Assembly: GCA_021498125.1 (NCBI GenBank)
Contig: JAIZWL010000001.1
Span: forward strand, 1,104,099-1,168,098
DNA length: 64,000 nt
Reading direction: 5' to 3'
Source of the DNA: Candidatus Thorarchaeota archaeon
GTDB lineage: Archaea; Asgardarchaeota; Thorarchaeia; Thorarchaeales; Thorarchaeaceae
Part shown: in pieces, positions 8,609 through 19,108 of the stretch
How positions within the stretch are numbered: the stretch's first letter is position 1
Layout: each line of letters opens with the position of its first letter
Notes under the pieces: model-generated
Databases searched by the model: none
What the model was told of the DNA's origin: nothing
The model's input: the letters and a program-made list of their open reading frames with translations, nothing else
Program-made: the position numbers and the translations under genes

Positions 8609-11600
8609 GTCTCAACACGACTACGTTCTTCTGAAACTTTGGTCTGGGTCTTGGATAATTTAGAGAACTATTACGTTTCAACACGACTACGTTCTTCTGA
8701 AACCGGAGTTAGAAAGCACTTTCTCGATGATATCACCGAAGTTTCAACACGACTACGTTCTTCTGAAACTTTATCGGACTCGAGTCCGGCGACTATATTT
8801 TGACCTGGTTTCAACACGACTACGTTCTTCTGAAACGTCAACTGTTTCTAACATTAGACGCGCATTCACGAAGAGTTTCAACACGACTACGTTCTTCTGA
8901 AACTGCTGGCGTTGCTGTTGTCGTGATACTGCTGCTTATGGTTTCAACACGACTACGTTCTTCTGAAACACCTGCCACCCAGTCAAGCCCATAACGTGCT
9001 AACTGTGGTTTCAACACGACTACGTTCTTCTGAAACTTCAGTGACGATGAAGTAGAGCTAAGCATAGAGAAAGCGTTTCAACACGACTACGTTCTTCTGA
9101 AACTTTTTTGAAGCATCAAATCTTATCCTCCAGTCGAGTTTCAACACGACTACGTTCTTCTGAAACTCTCAAGGTCAATCATCATAAAGCGAGTGTATTC
9201 ATGTTTCAACACGACTACGTTCTTCTGAAACATTTTCATGTAAGGCGGATCATAAGTAGCGACTGGTTCGTTTCAACACGACTACGTTCTTCTGAAACTA
9301 GCTTCTCGTACTGATTTTCAAACTCGGTTCTGGTGTTTCAACACGACTACGTTCTTCTGAAACGTTATTGCAGCCGTAGATGGTAGAGTTAATACTTATA
9401 AGTTTCAACACGACTACGTTCTTCTGAAACAGACGTACCCATGAAATTTCAAGTGCGCCACCAGTTGGTTTCAACACGACTACGTTCTTCTGAAACCTTT
9501 CCGAGTGGGTAAAGTACATGACGCCCCTTCAAGGTTTCAACACGACTACGTTCTTCTGAAACGGGAAATACTGCTTGTCCACTGGGCGGACATAGATCCG
9601 GTTTCAACACGACTACGTTCTTCTGAAACTCATAGATTCTTTCCTCTTCGAAAGTTTCACTCCATGGTTTCAACACGACTACGTTCTTCTGAAACGCGGT
9701 ACCTGTAGCTTGGAATCCGACAGCAGTTTTTGAGTTTCAACACGACTACGTTCTTCTGAAACTCTGTTTGCCACGTGGGTTGACATTTCACTGTTGTTTA
9801 GTTTCAACACGACTACGTTCTTCTGAAACGTTAGCGTGGATGGGCTACGTAATCCGAGAGTGCTGTTTCAACACGACTACGTTCTTCTGAAACGCACTAG
9901 TGAAGGACCTATAGGTCCTTCTTCAGGAGAGTTTCAACACGACTACGTTCTTCTGAAACTCGGCTATCATGTCATAGGTGGTCGAGGAATAGGCGGTTTC
10001 AACACGACTACGTTCTTCTGAAACGGACCCAACAATATCTGGTACATCTCTGAGCATAGGAGGTTTCAACACGACTACGTTCTTCTGAAACATGCCTGTC
10101 AGATTGAAGAGAGTTTCCCCACCATCCGGTTTCAACACGACTACGTTCTTCTGAAACCCTTTTGCATTAGATATAGATGGCGAATTTGAGCAAGTTTCAA
10201 CACGACTACGTTCTTCTGAAACGCAGATGAAGAAGTCTGATCCGCGTTTAGGCTGGAAGGGGTTTCAACACGACTACGTTCTTCTGAAACTATCGCGGGG
10301 CGGCAGAGAATCGGGAATGACCGGACCGAGTTTCAACACGACTACGTTCTTCTGAAACAAGCCGATGTTGAGGAGATAGTGGCAGAGTTCAGTGGGTTTC
10401 AACACGACTACGTTCTTCTGAAACTGACAGATTATGGGATAGGTGAAAAGAATGACTGATCGTTTCAACACGACTACGTTCTTCTGAAACACGCTCTATG
10501 AGCAGGTCCTCCTCGTAGCGCAGACCGTGTTTCAACACGACTACGTTCTTCTGAAACGTTCCACAGGGGCATGACATATGCCTCTGGTGTGGATGTTTCA
10601 ACACGACTACGTTCTTCTGAAACCACATGATTCTGATATCTTCTACGATGAAGTATATGATGGTTTCAACACGACTACGTTCTTCTGAAACGCGATTGCC
10701 ATTCAGTACGGTGATGATGCTTTCAAGTTGTTTCAACACGACTACGTTCTTCTGAAACGAACTGTGGGACTGCAACATTGGTAAGAGTTGCGGTAAGTTT
10801 CAACACGACTACGTTCTTCTGAAACTCGATGTTGAAGATGTGATATAAATATACCAAAAGCCGTTTCAACACGACTACGTTCTTCTGAAACATCTTGTCG
10901 AGAGTCGGCAGGATAAGAAGAGATTGATGTTTCAACACGACTACGTTCTTCTGAAACATATTCGAACATCCACAGATGCGTGGGTGTCGTTTGTGGTTTC
11001 AACACGACTACGTTCTTCTGAAACCGTCTGATCTTGATGTAGTCTTCTCTGATCTCTGGCAAGTTTCAACACGACTACGTTCTTCTGAAACTAGAACAAT
11101 CCATCCAAGCCAAAGACTTGCTAGTTTCAACACGACTACGTTCTTCTGAAACCAGTACGGGTCGATACTTCAGATATTTTGACAGTCTTCAGTTTCAACA
11201 CGACTACGTTCTTCTGAAACAAACGATAAGATCTCTGTATGAAGTTTCACGACTAGTTTATATGATAGTTTCAACACGACTACGTTCTTCTGAAACAATG
11301 TACGAGGCTTTGTACCAATCACGCAGCCAGTTAGTTTCAACACGACTACGTTCTTCTGAAACGCTTTTGAAACTAGCAAATTTCATAGGCATTACCTTCA
11401 GTTTCAACACGACTACGTTCTTCTGAAACCTATCATTGGGGGAAAGTTCTCATGTTCCCTGTTTCAACACGACTACGTTCTTCTGAAACGGATCTCATTG
11501 ATGGAAAGATCCCTTCGAACTACTAGTTTCAACACGACTACGTTCTTCTGAAACGATAGAGCAACAGCGCGCTGAGATGGAACATAATATCGTTTCAACA

Positions 11601-13182
11601 CGACTACGTTCTTCTGAAACGTTTCTTTGTACTTTGGAGGACGGGCGCCCCGTGTCGTTTCAACACGACTACGTTCTTCTGAAACGTAGCTAGGAAATCA
11701 GAGCGCACATAGTCGTAGACGCGTTTCAACACGACTACGTTCTTCTGAAACCCTATACGTTATTTTATTCTCCCGGGAGAAGGAGATTGTTTCAACACGA
11801 CTACGTTCTTCTGAAACGTCATCGGGATTGCGACCTATTTCTTGTGGCCCGGCGGTTTCAACACGACTACGTTCTTCTGAAACTTTGATACTTGCAGTGA
11901 CTCGGAACTTGCTACCTATTGGTTTCAACACGACTACGTTCTTCTGAAACGCAAGCCAGTCTATGCATATAGGCGTTCAGGTGATGGGTGTTTCAACACG
12001 ACTACGTTCTTCTGAAACCGCTGTTGACATGATAGTTTCAGCCTCTCTATGATATCCTTGTTTCAACACGACTACGTTCTTCTGAAACTGAACACAAAAC
12101 TATCAAAAACCGAAATCCTGAAACTGTTTCAACACGACTACGTTCTTCTGAAACTGATTCTGTGATGGTTATGAGACCGTCATCTTCATCATGTTTCAAC
12201 ACGACTACGTTCTTCTGAAACGATCTTGACCGTATTGCACCTCTTGAAATATGAATATGGTTTCAACACGACTACGTTCTTCTGAAACTTCTTCACTGAT
12301 TGGATTTCATTTGCAGTTAGTGATAGTTTCAACACGACTACGTTCTTCTGAAACTCCGCCGATCATCTGCACCAGACCCGAAAACAGACGCGTTTCAACA
12401 CGACTACGTTCTTCTGAAACATGAGGTGTTACAAATGACTGATATTGCACGATTCAGTTTCAACACGACTACGTTCTTCTGAAACTCTCGATCTGTTTTG
12501 AACCACAGATCCGAGATGCGGTAGTTTCAACACGACTACGTTCTTCTGAAACCGGAGAACGTCCTCTTGCTTGGAGAGGCAGGAATAGGGTTTCAACACG
12601 ACTACGTTCTTCTGAAACAGGAAATCATCTTGTCGAGGTCGTTGATGACACATCTTGTTTCAACACGACTACGTTCTTCTGAAACATTCTTAAAGGCGTC
12701 GAGAAGATAAGGGTACCCTAGGGTGATGTGTTTCAACACGACTACGTTCTTCTGAAACGAGCCCTTTTTGATTGAATCTGCACGAGACTATGCGCGAGAG
12801 GTTTCAACACGACTACGTTCTTCTGAAACCGACTCGGACTACGCTTGGTACTACTGGTCATTCTTCAACACGCCTTTTTTTTGTTTCAACACGACTACGT
12901 TCTTCTGAAACGCACACGACTACGTGAACCTTACGACTTGTGCGGTGGACATGTTTCAACACGACTACGTTCTTCTGAAACTTTGGGATTTGGGCTGTGT
13001 TGGCATGATCAGATACTGAGTTTCAACACGACTACGTTCTTCTGAAACGAGTATTGTAGGAACCGATCTCAGTCATGAAACACGAGTTTCAACACGACTA
13101 CGTTCTTCTGAAACCTTGCGAATACTTGGTCCGATGGGGATTATCTCTGATTGGTTTCAACACGACTACGTTCTTCTGAAAC
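8609..13182 (-). CRISPR. CRISPR array with 69 repeats of 29 nt (plus-strand GTTTCAACACGACTACGTTCTTCTGAAAC) and 68 spacers
   Basis: I located every repeat by hand. Most spacers are 36-39 nt, with outliers of 31, 32, 34, 41, 41, 42, 44, 47 and 53 nt. The repeat at 8609 is degenerate (GTCTC...), which suggests the trailer end. A 310-nt non-coding AT-rich region follows 13182. The reverse-complement repeat ends in GTTGAAAC, close to the canonical ATTGAAAC 5'-handle source. Minus-strand transcription is therefore inferred, not proven. Confidence 0.97.
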
Positions 13183-13493
13183 TCTTCGTATAATACACGA
13201 AAAACAGGGGAAAAAGCGCTCATAAGTCTTTTCTGTGGAGAGTGTTTGCCGGACTGGCAGTAGTGCACGATCCTTATAAAAGCCGTGCACGCTGGGATGG
13301 TGGTGTAAGAGGTGGCGAGTCAAGAGATGCGAATTTCAGGAATTCCGGGTCGAAGGAGATATGATCAAGACCCGATTTGGTCGAAGGCAAGTGTCTATAG
13401 ATAGTCACAGGCAGGAGCGAAGGTGGTGGCACCAGTACAGGTAGTGAGTAGGTGAATTATCCAAACGCAGATCGTTGTGTGTAGGAGCATAGT
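13183..13493 (-). promoter_or_regulatory. Probable CRISPR leader with TATA-like boxes
   Basis: This is a non-coding stretch next to the intact-repeat end of the array. On the minus strand, TTTTATAA lies at about 13270-13277 and TATTATA at about 13189-13195, just upstream of the first repeat. The right-hand part may also hold the promoter and SD of the TPR gene (AGGAG at 13483-13487). Confidence 0.4.
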
Positions 13494-14852
13494 ATGGTCA
13501 AAAGGAAACAGCAATGGGTCGCGGACGGTCACAAACGTTCACGCTCCCCAAGATTCATATGTCGGTTTCTTCTCTACACTACGGGGACATGTGTGATGGA
13601 GGCCGAAACACTACTAACTACTGTCAGCGAAAAGCTGGAACGCATTGGGGTGGAGGAAGAGATCACTATAGATGATATTCGATCAGTAGCAGTATTTTCT
13701 CCGGTACGACGAGAGCTGGCCGATCTCGAGACCGAGCTGCATCAGGCTCTTGAAGCGATTAAGCATGACGAGCGATTGCCTCGATTGCTCTTTCGCCTTG
13801 CTAATGTTCATCTACGTGAAGGTGATTTTGGTCGAGCTATAGTTCTCTACGAGGTGGTCTTGGGTCTTGATAGCACGATGTTATCAGCATGGATCCACAT
13901 GGGACTCTCCTATCTTCTTGGTGGCGAGCCCAAAGATGCCATCAGTTGTTTTGGAAGTGCTCTCTCTATCGATCCGGAAAATGTGACCGCTTTGGTCTAT
14001 TTGGCCATGGCCTATTTAGAAATGAGCGATTTTGCGAACAGCCGAAAGAACATCGAGCTGGCACTATCTCTTCAACCCACTTATGATCTGGCAATAGTGG
14101 TCAAAGGTGAACTTCTCCGAGCCGAGGGTAACGTACTTGGTGCCATTGCCATGTTCAATCGTGCGCTTGAGCAAAACAGAATGTGCGCGCGTGCTGTGCT
14201 TCGTCTTGGTGAGACCTACATCTCAGAGGGGCAATATCCTGATGCGATAAAGATTCTGACCCCGGGTGTGAAAGCACACCCTGATAATCACCAACTAGTT
14301 GCAGCTCTTGCCGATGCCTATTTTCATAATCATGAATTTCCGGATGCGCTAGAGCTCTATGAGCGCGCTCTCGCTCTCAAGCCCGATGATCCCCATCTCT
14401 GGATTAAGAAGGGCGACGTTCACAGAGCGATGGACAAGTTTCAGCTGGCATCAGATGCCTACCAGAAGGCAATTCATGCAGATCCCGAACTGGTCGAGGG
14501 CTGGTTGCGAAACGCTCAGATTCGTATATTGCTCAATGATTCGGAAGGGGCTCTGGAATATTATAATACTGCTCTTGCACTCAATCCTCATGATGAAGAA
14601 CTGGCGCGACTTCGAGGTCTTCTTCTTCTTGCCATGTCCCGATGGGACGACGCGCTCAAGGATTTTGATACTGCCTTTGCTGCGAATCCGTCTAACCCTG
14701 ATATCCTCTTTTATCGAGCACAGGTATTGGAGCATCTTGGTCGCACTGATGAGGTGCGTCGTACTCTTCAGATCGCTCGTGATTTCTACAAGGCGGCCGG
14801 AAACTCCGTTCGTGCAGCAGAGTGTCTTGCTCGCATGAAACGTCTTGATTGA
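13494..14852 (+). CDS. Tetratricopeptide (TPR) repeat protein
   Basis: About 10 consecutive 34-aa TPR-like units occur (e.g. 'AWIHMGLSYLLGGEPKDAISCFGSALSIDPENV', 'LWIKKGDVHRAMDKFQLASDAYQKAIHADPELV'). AGGAG lies 6 nt upstream of ATG 13494. An alternative start is ATG 13596. Confidence 0.85.
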   Translation: MVKRKQQWVADGHKRSRSPRFICRFLLYTTGTCVMEAETLLTTVSEKLERIGVEEEITIDDIRSVAVFSPVRRELADLETELHQALEAIKHDERLPRLLFRLANVHLREGDFGRAIVLYEVVLGLDSTMLSAWIHMGLSYLLGGEPKDAISCFGSALSIDPENVTALVYLAMAYLEMSDFANSRKNIELALSLQPTYDLAIVVKGELLRAEGNVLGAIAMFNRALEQNRMCARAVLRLGETYISEGQYPDAIKILTPGVKAHPDNHQLVAALADAYFHNHEFPDALELYERALALKPDDPHLWIKKGDVHRAMDKFQLASDAYQKAIHADPELVEGWLRNAQIRILLNDSEGALEYYNTALALNPHDEELARLRGLLLLAMSRWDDALKDFDTAFAANPSNPDILFYRAQVLEHLGRTDEVRRTLQIARDFYKAAGNSVRAAECLARMKRLD

Positions 14853-14888
14853 CGCTGGCTGGCTGGCTATCTTGCTCTGTTCGTGTTG

Positions 14889-17800
14889 CTAACTCCGTGG
14901 CTCAGTCATGTCTTTGATCAGGATCGCATTATCGATTTTAGTTCCGTGGAGGAGCCACCAGCTGCGTTTAGCCTTCTGACCTGATCTGAGTCTAAACTTG
15001 TCGCTCAGCATGAGGAAATGCCCCGCTTCTCCAGTGTGATTGACTATGATATTGCCTCTGGTCTTGCATGTGGAAGCGACACAGAGGACTTCTCCATTTG
15101 GACGTTCGAATGCAAACCATCCGGAACTCGCATCGGGGATCAAATGGACCCCATTAGGTGTGGGTTCGTAGATCGTTCTCTGGCCCAGTCTGACAAAGTG
15201 AAGCCGATCACTCTCATTGACTCCACTTGCGGGTACGCCAACTAATCCCGCCTCGCAGATTCTCCATCGTTTACCTCGATTCTCAATGGTCATGATCACA
15301 TTTACTAGTGGTGTTCCCTTTAGTAACAGGTAGTCGTAGGATAGATGGACTCCCTGCACATTTTCGGCATGCCTGAGCGTGGTCATGATTCTGTAGCCCA
15401 CAAGTGGTCCACGCTCGATTTCTTCCACACTCCATGTTTCTCGTCGTAGGCTGGTCTGCCAGTCCCAAATATGATGGCCTGCAACAAAGGGTGTCATTCC
15501 ACTGTATAGGATATCAAGCCATGCAAATGGTCTCAGCTCAGGGAACGTGTCATAGAACACACTAGGGCCATTCTCAGGGCCATATGCCACTAGGCCTCCC
15601 GCCTGTTCGGGTGAGACCGAGAGTCGGTATCCTCCACTCCTTATCGTATGAAGTGATAGTTCTTGATACTCTTCCCGTGATCGTTGGATCTTGTCGGTCG
15701 AATCATAGCAGACGGTTCTAAGAGGGAACCGTGCTATCCGGTTGGGAAACTCGATGACAATTTCGCCATCCTCTCGAAGCCATGGTCCATCCTCAACGGT
15801 GGTCTCTATCTCCTTTTCAAACGGCTGATCAATGGATGCTTCAAACTTGAATGTCAGTTCTCTCTCTCCGTTGAAAAGGATTCCCGCCGGTGGTCTGATG
15901 TGTGCAGTCGCACTTATCGGATCCTTTTGAATCACACTCACTTGTAACTTCAGCCAATCCTTTACCGCCCTGTCAACCGCAGTCAGCGCCGGGGACATGT
16001 TCTGAATCCAACCAGTTGAAGCTGCAAAGGTCACCTCAAGTGACGAATGTGGTTTGATGGGGTCTTCATTTGCGATGGTCTTGCCATTGAGCTTTGCCCA
16101 CCTATCGCGAATGTCCCGCCATGTGCCTGTTGTGAAATAGAGTCTGATGACTCTCTGTTCTATAGACTCTCCAGGTTGAAGATCACGGAACTTGTATTCC
16201 GTCTGAGGCGGTCTGACGCTACGTTGTGGCTTGATCCGAACAATCCCTTCATGTTCCCAGATCGCACCTAAGAGGTAACCTGCCTCCTCATCAGTGGCTA
16301 CAAACCAGTCCTCGTGATAATATTGTGGCTTGTCCGGCAGTTGCCCGCCCTTCCCCCAATAAGAGTCACTGAGGCTGTAGATCTTCCCATTGAGTGGAAC
16401 ATACAACTTCGTGAGTTGTAGGCTTGCCCAGTTCTCCACATTTAGCCCGAGATTTTCAATAGGCTCCACACCAAGATTTTCTAATCTGACAATGAACTCA
16501 AGCTCGCCACTTCCAGCATGAGCCCGGTAGACGAACTGAACCCGAAGGCCCGGCCTGTCCTTTGAGTCCCCCTCGAAGATGATCTCGGCTGTGTCTCCAT
16601 GATTGTTGTATATGGGGTGATATTCTCTATTTAGCCATTCACCCCCTTCTGGGAATGGATATCCGATCTGAGGCGTCAACATCCACCCCGTTGCAATACG
16701 ATCGACCGTCTTGTACTCAATGGTCTCTACATATGGGAGTGGCCCCTTTCCAAACTCAAGTCTATACTGTTCTGTTTCAAGTACTGCCCGAGTCGAACAT
16801 GACTCGTAGACTACAGCCCCCTGTGTTCCAAGAACGACAACTGATATTGCCGTATCTTTGATTCTTACAGAGTCTTCTTTTTGGATGTAAATTGCGGTGT
16901 CGATGGAGATCACAGAGTTCGTGTCTTCTGTTGAGGTCTCCACCTCCAATTGTTTCATGATCGTGTCCTTTGGCCCGATCTCAAACTCAAACAAATGCCA
17001 GCTCAAGTTATGGCCTCCATTCCCGGCGAGTACGACTCTTCCCTTGATCTGTTCAGGGGTATTGTTTTCGAGTTGTATCTCGATCTCAGCTCTCTCACCC
17101 GGGCTAACGGAAGGATAATCCGGTCCTGTTGAAAATGTGACCGCATCTTTCGGAATAATGCCACTAAACATGTCTACAGACTTGTCTTCGATTCGGAGCG
17201 TCCACTGTGCCCATGTCTTGACTTTCACATATGGTTCAGACACTGAATGTGGCTTGGCTGAGGGCAGAATCTCATACCCTCCAATGATCTCTGTCTCCTC
17301 TCCAATACCGATATTGACCTGAGTTGGTCCTTCGATCAGTGCTCTCAGTTTTTCACTTGGCCTCACGACTACAGAAGCTTGGATATTCTCCTCGGTCTTG
17401 TTCTTAATGTGTAATCGTACTGGTGTAGTGCCTACGGCAATGTATCCGATCTGGGATTCTGGCATGACCGTGGCCTCGATCGTCTTGCCATCGATCGTGA
17501 GAACAAACCCGCAGATTCCTTTTGCATATCTGTCAATGGTGACATCCAATCTGTCCCCGTTATTTCCCTCAAAGTGATACTCATAGACTCCGATTCCGTT
17601 TCGTGAATATTCATCTGGGACCTGATTGATCGTTGGTCTTATACTCTCGTACCAATAATGCCGTTGGAAAAATTCTTCGAAGAGTGGTGTAGTGATGATA
17701 CAAGGAATATACGACTCCATCAGGACACGTGTATCAGGCACCCAGTTGAATCCGATCCTCTTGTAGAGAGGCATGGCCTTCAGATTGCCCCCCCATGTGT

Positions 17801-18191
17801 GAAGATCGATTCTGCGTTTGCCATGCTGTGCAGCAGTCTCCGTTGCTGCAATGAGCATCGCCTTTCCGTACCCTTTCCCCTGATAGTCTGGTCTGACGCC
17901 AAGTAGCCCCACATATGCTCCTTCTCGGTCTAGTTCCGCGTGACACAAGTTGCAGTGTCCTACTATCTTGTCACCATCAATGGCTACAATGGTGCGAATA
18001 TCGTCCGATTTCTCTTTTCGTTCTAGGACGCTCTGGGCTGTTACTTGTATACCTCCCGTGAACCCGCCTGGCCATGAGTCTGAGTCATCAAATGAGTTGA
18101 AACAATCAGCCAATTTAGCCGCATCGTCTATAGTCATTACAAAATCGCGAATTTTATCTCTAGTGTATTTCTCGGCCATTTTGATCACCAT
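14889..18191 (-). CDS. 1,100-aa protein: N-terminal GNAT acetyltransferase domain fused to a roughly 930-aa uncharacterised beta-rich region
   Basis: A GNAT motif A is present ('VGLLGVRPDYQGKGYGKAMLIAATETAAQHGKRRIDLHTW...PLYKRIGF'). The remainder has no motif I recognise apart from Ig/CARDB-like segments. An alternative start, ATG 18179, is preceded by GGTGA. Confidence 0.8.
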   Translation of the reverse strand: MVIKMAEKYTRDKIRDFVMTIDDAAKLADCFNSFDDSDSWPGGFTGGIQVTAQSVLERKEKSDDIRTIVAIDGDKIVGHCNLCHAELDREGAYVGLLGVRPDYQGKGYGKAMLIAATETAAQHGKRRIDLHTWGGNLKAMPLYKRIGFNWVPDTRVLMESYIPCIITTPLFEEFFQRHYWYESIRPTINQVPDEYSRNGIGVYEYHFEGNNGDRLDVTIDRYAKGICGFVLTIDGKTIEATVMPESQIGYIAVGTTPVRLHIKNKTEENIQASVVVRPSEKLRALIEGPTQVNIGIGEETEIIGGYEILPSAKPHSVSEPYVKVKTWAQWTLRIEDKSVDMFSGIIPKDAVTFSTGPDYPSVSPGERAEIEIQLENNTPEQIKGRVVLAGNGGHNLSWHLFEFEIGPKDTIMKQLEVETSTEDTNSVISIDTAIYIQKEDSVRIKDTAISVVVLGTQGAVVYESCSTRAVLETEQYRLEFGKGPLPYVETIEYKTVDRIATGWMLTPQIGYPFPEGGEWLNREYHPIYNNHGDTAEIIFEGDSKDRPGLRVQFVYRAHAGSGELEFIVRLENLGVEPIENLGLNVENWASLQLTKLYVPLNGKIYSLSDSYWGKGGQLPDKPQYYHEDWFVATDEEAGYLLGAIWEHEGIVRIKPQRSVRPPQTEYKFRDLQPGESIEQRVIRLYFTTGTWRDIRDRWAKLNGKTIANEDPIKPHSSLEVTFAASTGWIQNMSPALTAVDRAVKDWLKLQVSVIQKDPISATAHIRPPAGILFNGERELTFKFEASIDQPFEKEIETTVEDGPWLREDGEIVIEFPNRIARFPLRTVCYDSTDKIQRSREEYQELSLHTIRSGGYRLSVSPEQAGGLVAYGPENGPSVFYDTFPELRPFAWLDILYSGMTPFVAGHHIWDWQTSLRRETWSVEEIERGPLVGYRIMTTLRHAENVQGVHLSYDYLLLKGTPLVNVIMTIENRGKRWRICEAGLVGVPASGVNESDRLHFVRLGQRTIYEPTPNGVHLIPDASSGWFAFERPNGEVLCVASTCKTRGNIIVNHTGEAGHFLMLSDKFRLRSGQKAKRSWWLLHGTKIDNAILIKDMTEPRS

Positions 18192-18280
18192 TAGAAGAAG
18201 GCTCTTTTCACTCTCTAGTGTTTCGATAAAAGGCTGTTGGATTACGCGGCAAGGATGTTACGTTTCGTGTTATTGTATAG

Positions 18281-18317
18281 AAAAAGAGAGAGAGGCGCCC
18301 GGCGTGTAGGGCCCTCT
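18281..18317 (-). terminator. Hairpin plus T-tract downstream of the DUF4097-like gene
   Basis: Plus-strand AGAGG-C-GCCC (18291-18300) pairs with GGGC-CCTCT (18309-18317), giving 9 bp with one bulge and an 8-nt loop. On the minus strand it is followed by CTCTCTTTTTC. Confidence 0.45.
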
Positions 18318-18335
18318 TGGCGTGCTGGTCATAAT

Positions 18336-19103
18336 CTATTGTAGTACTGCTTTGATAGAACCTGTTGCTACTGTTGCTGTGATTGTTACCGACTGTGATG
18401 ACGAACTATAGTCGTTAGAATGATAGACGTTCTGCGAGACCTTCGTCCATGTTGCTGTGCTCACATTCATATTTCCTGTAGTCACTACTCCTGTGAAGAT
18501 CATTCCTACAGAAGGTGGTTTGGTGATATTCAAGTAGACCGCCCCACTGACAGCAGTCATCTTTAGTGAGGTATTTCCCACAAAGTTTGCATTATTTTCA
18601 ATTGAGAGATAGAGGGCTCCTGATGTAGTGGATAGGTTCATGTCGCCAATATGCGAATACGAATTCATAGTGGCATTGATTGCTCCGGTGGTAACGTTCA
18701 CATTGAATTTGTATGCTGAGGTACTCCCGAGGAGTACACGTACATGCGCCACCTGATACGTCAGCGTCACTGCTGTATCCGAAAAGGCCACCATGGGAGC
18801 CCCATATTCCGCAACTGCCTCAACTGGTACTTCCATAACAACCTGTGCAATTAAGGCTGGGTCGTCGGTGAAAGAGATATTGACCAGCCCTAACTTGAGG
18901 TTGATATTCAATGCGACTGTATCTGGTGGACTTGGATCGGTGTTCCGGAATGTAAATTTGGTTGTTCTGTTCCAGTCATCGTTGCCGATGTACACCTCTC
19001 CTATTGTGCCATTATACGCAATTATCCCTACCAGCGCCGCACTGATGATGATCACTGCAATGATGCATCCTATCATTGTATTATTTCTCTCATATTCGTT
19101 CAA
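18336..19103 (-). CDS. Membrane-anchored DUF4097-like (putative adhesin / beta-helix) protein
   Basis: An N-terminal TM helix (MIGCIIAVIIISAALVGIIAY) is followed by repeated 'TTGAINATM / TSGALYLSI / VSGAVYLNI / TTGNMNVST / TGSIKAVL' strands, as in DUF4097 proteins. Confidence 0.65.
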   Translation of the reverse strand: MNEYERNNTMIGCIIAVIIISAALVGIIAYNGTIGEVYIGNDDWNRTTKFTFRNTDPSPPDTVALNINLKLGLVNISFTDDPALIAQVVMEVPVEAVAEYGAPMVAFSDTAVTLTYQVAHVRVLLGSTSAYKFNVNVTTGAINATMNSYSHIGDMNLSTTSGALYLSIENNANFVGNTSLKMTAVSGAVYLNITKPPSVGMIFTGVVTTGNMNVSTATWTKVSQNVYHSNDYSSSSQSVTITATVATGSIKAVLQ

Positions 19104-19108
19104 TCCGT

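Noticed and set aside
8800-13323. About 25 short ORFs (60-130 aa) on both strands across the CRISPR array, with recurring peptides FQHDYVLLK, VSTRLRSSET, FQKNVVVLK and VSEERSRVET
   Set aside because: The recurring peptides are translations of the 29-nt repeat in different frames. The ORFs exist only because the repeat and spacers happen to lack stop codons.
13494-14852. TPR protein next to the CRISPR leader as a CRISPR-associated factor (by analogy with TPR-CHAT)
   Set aside because: The protein is pure TPR with no protease or nuclease domain, and no effector genes are present. The adjacency alone is insufficient.
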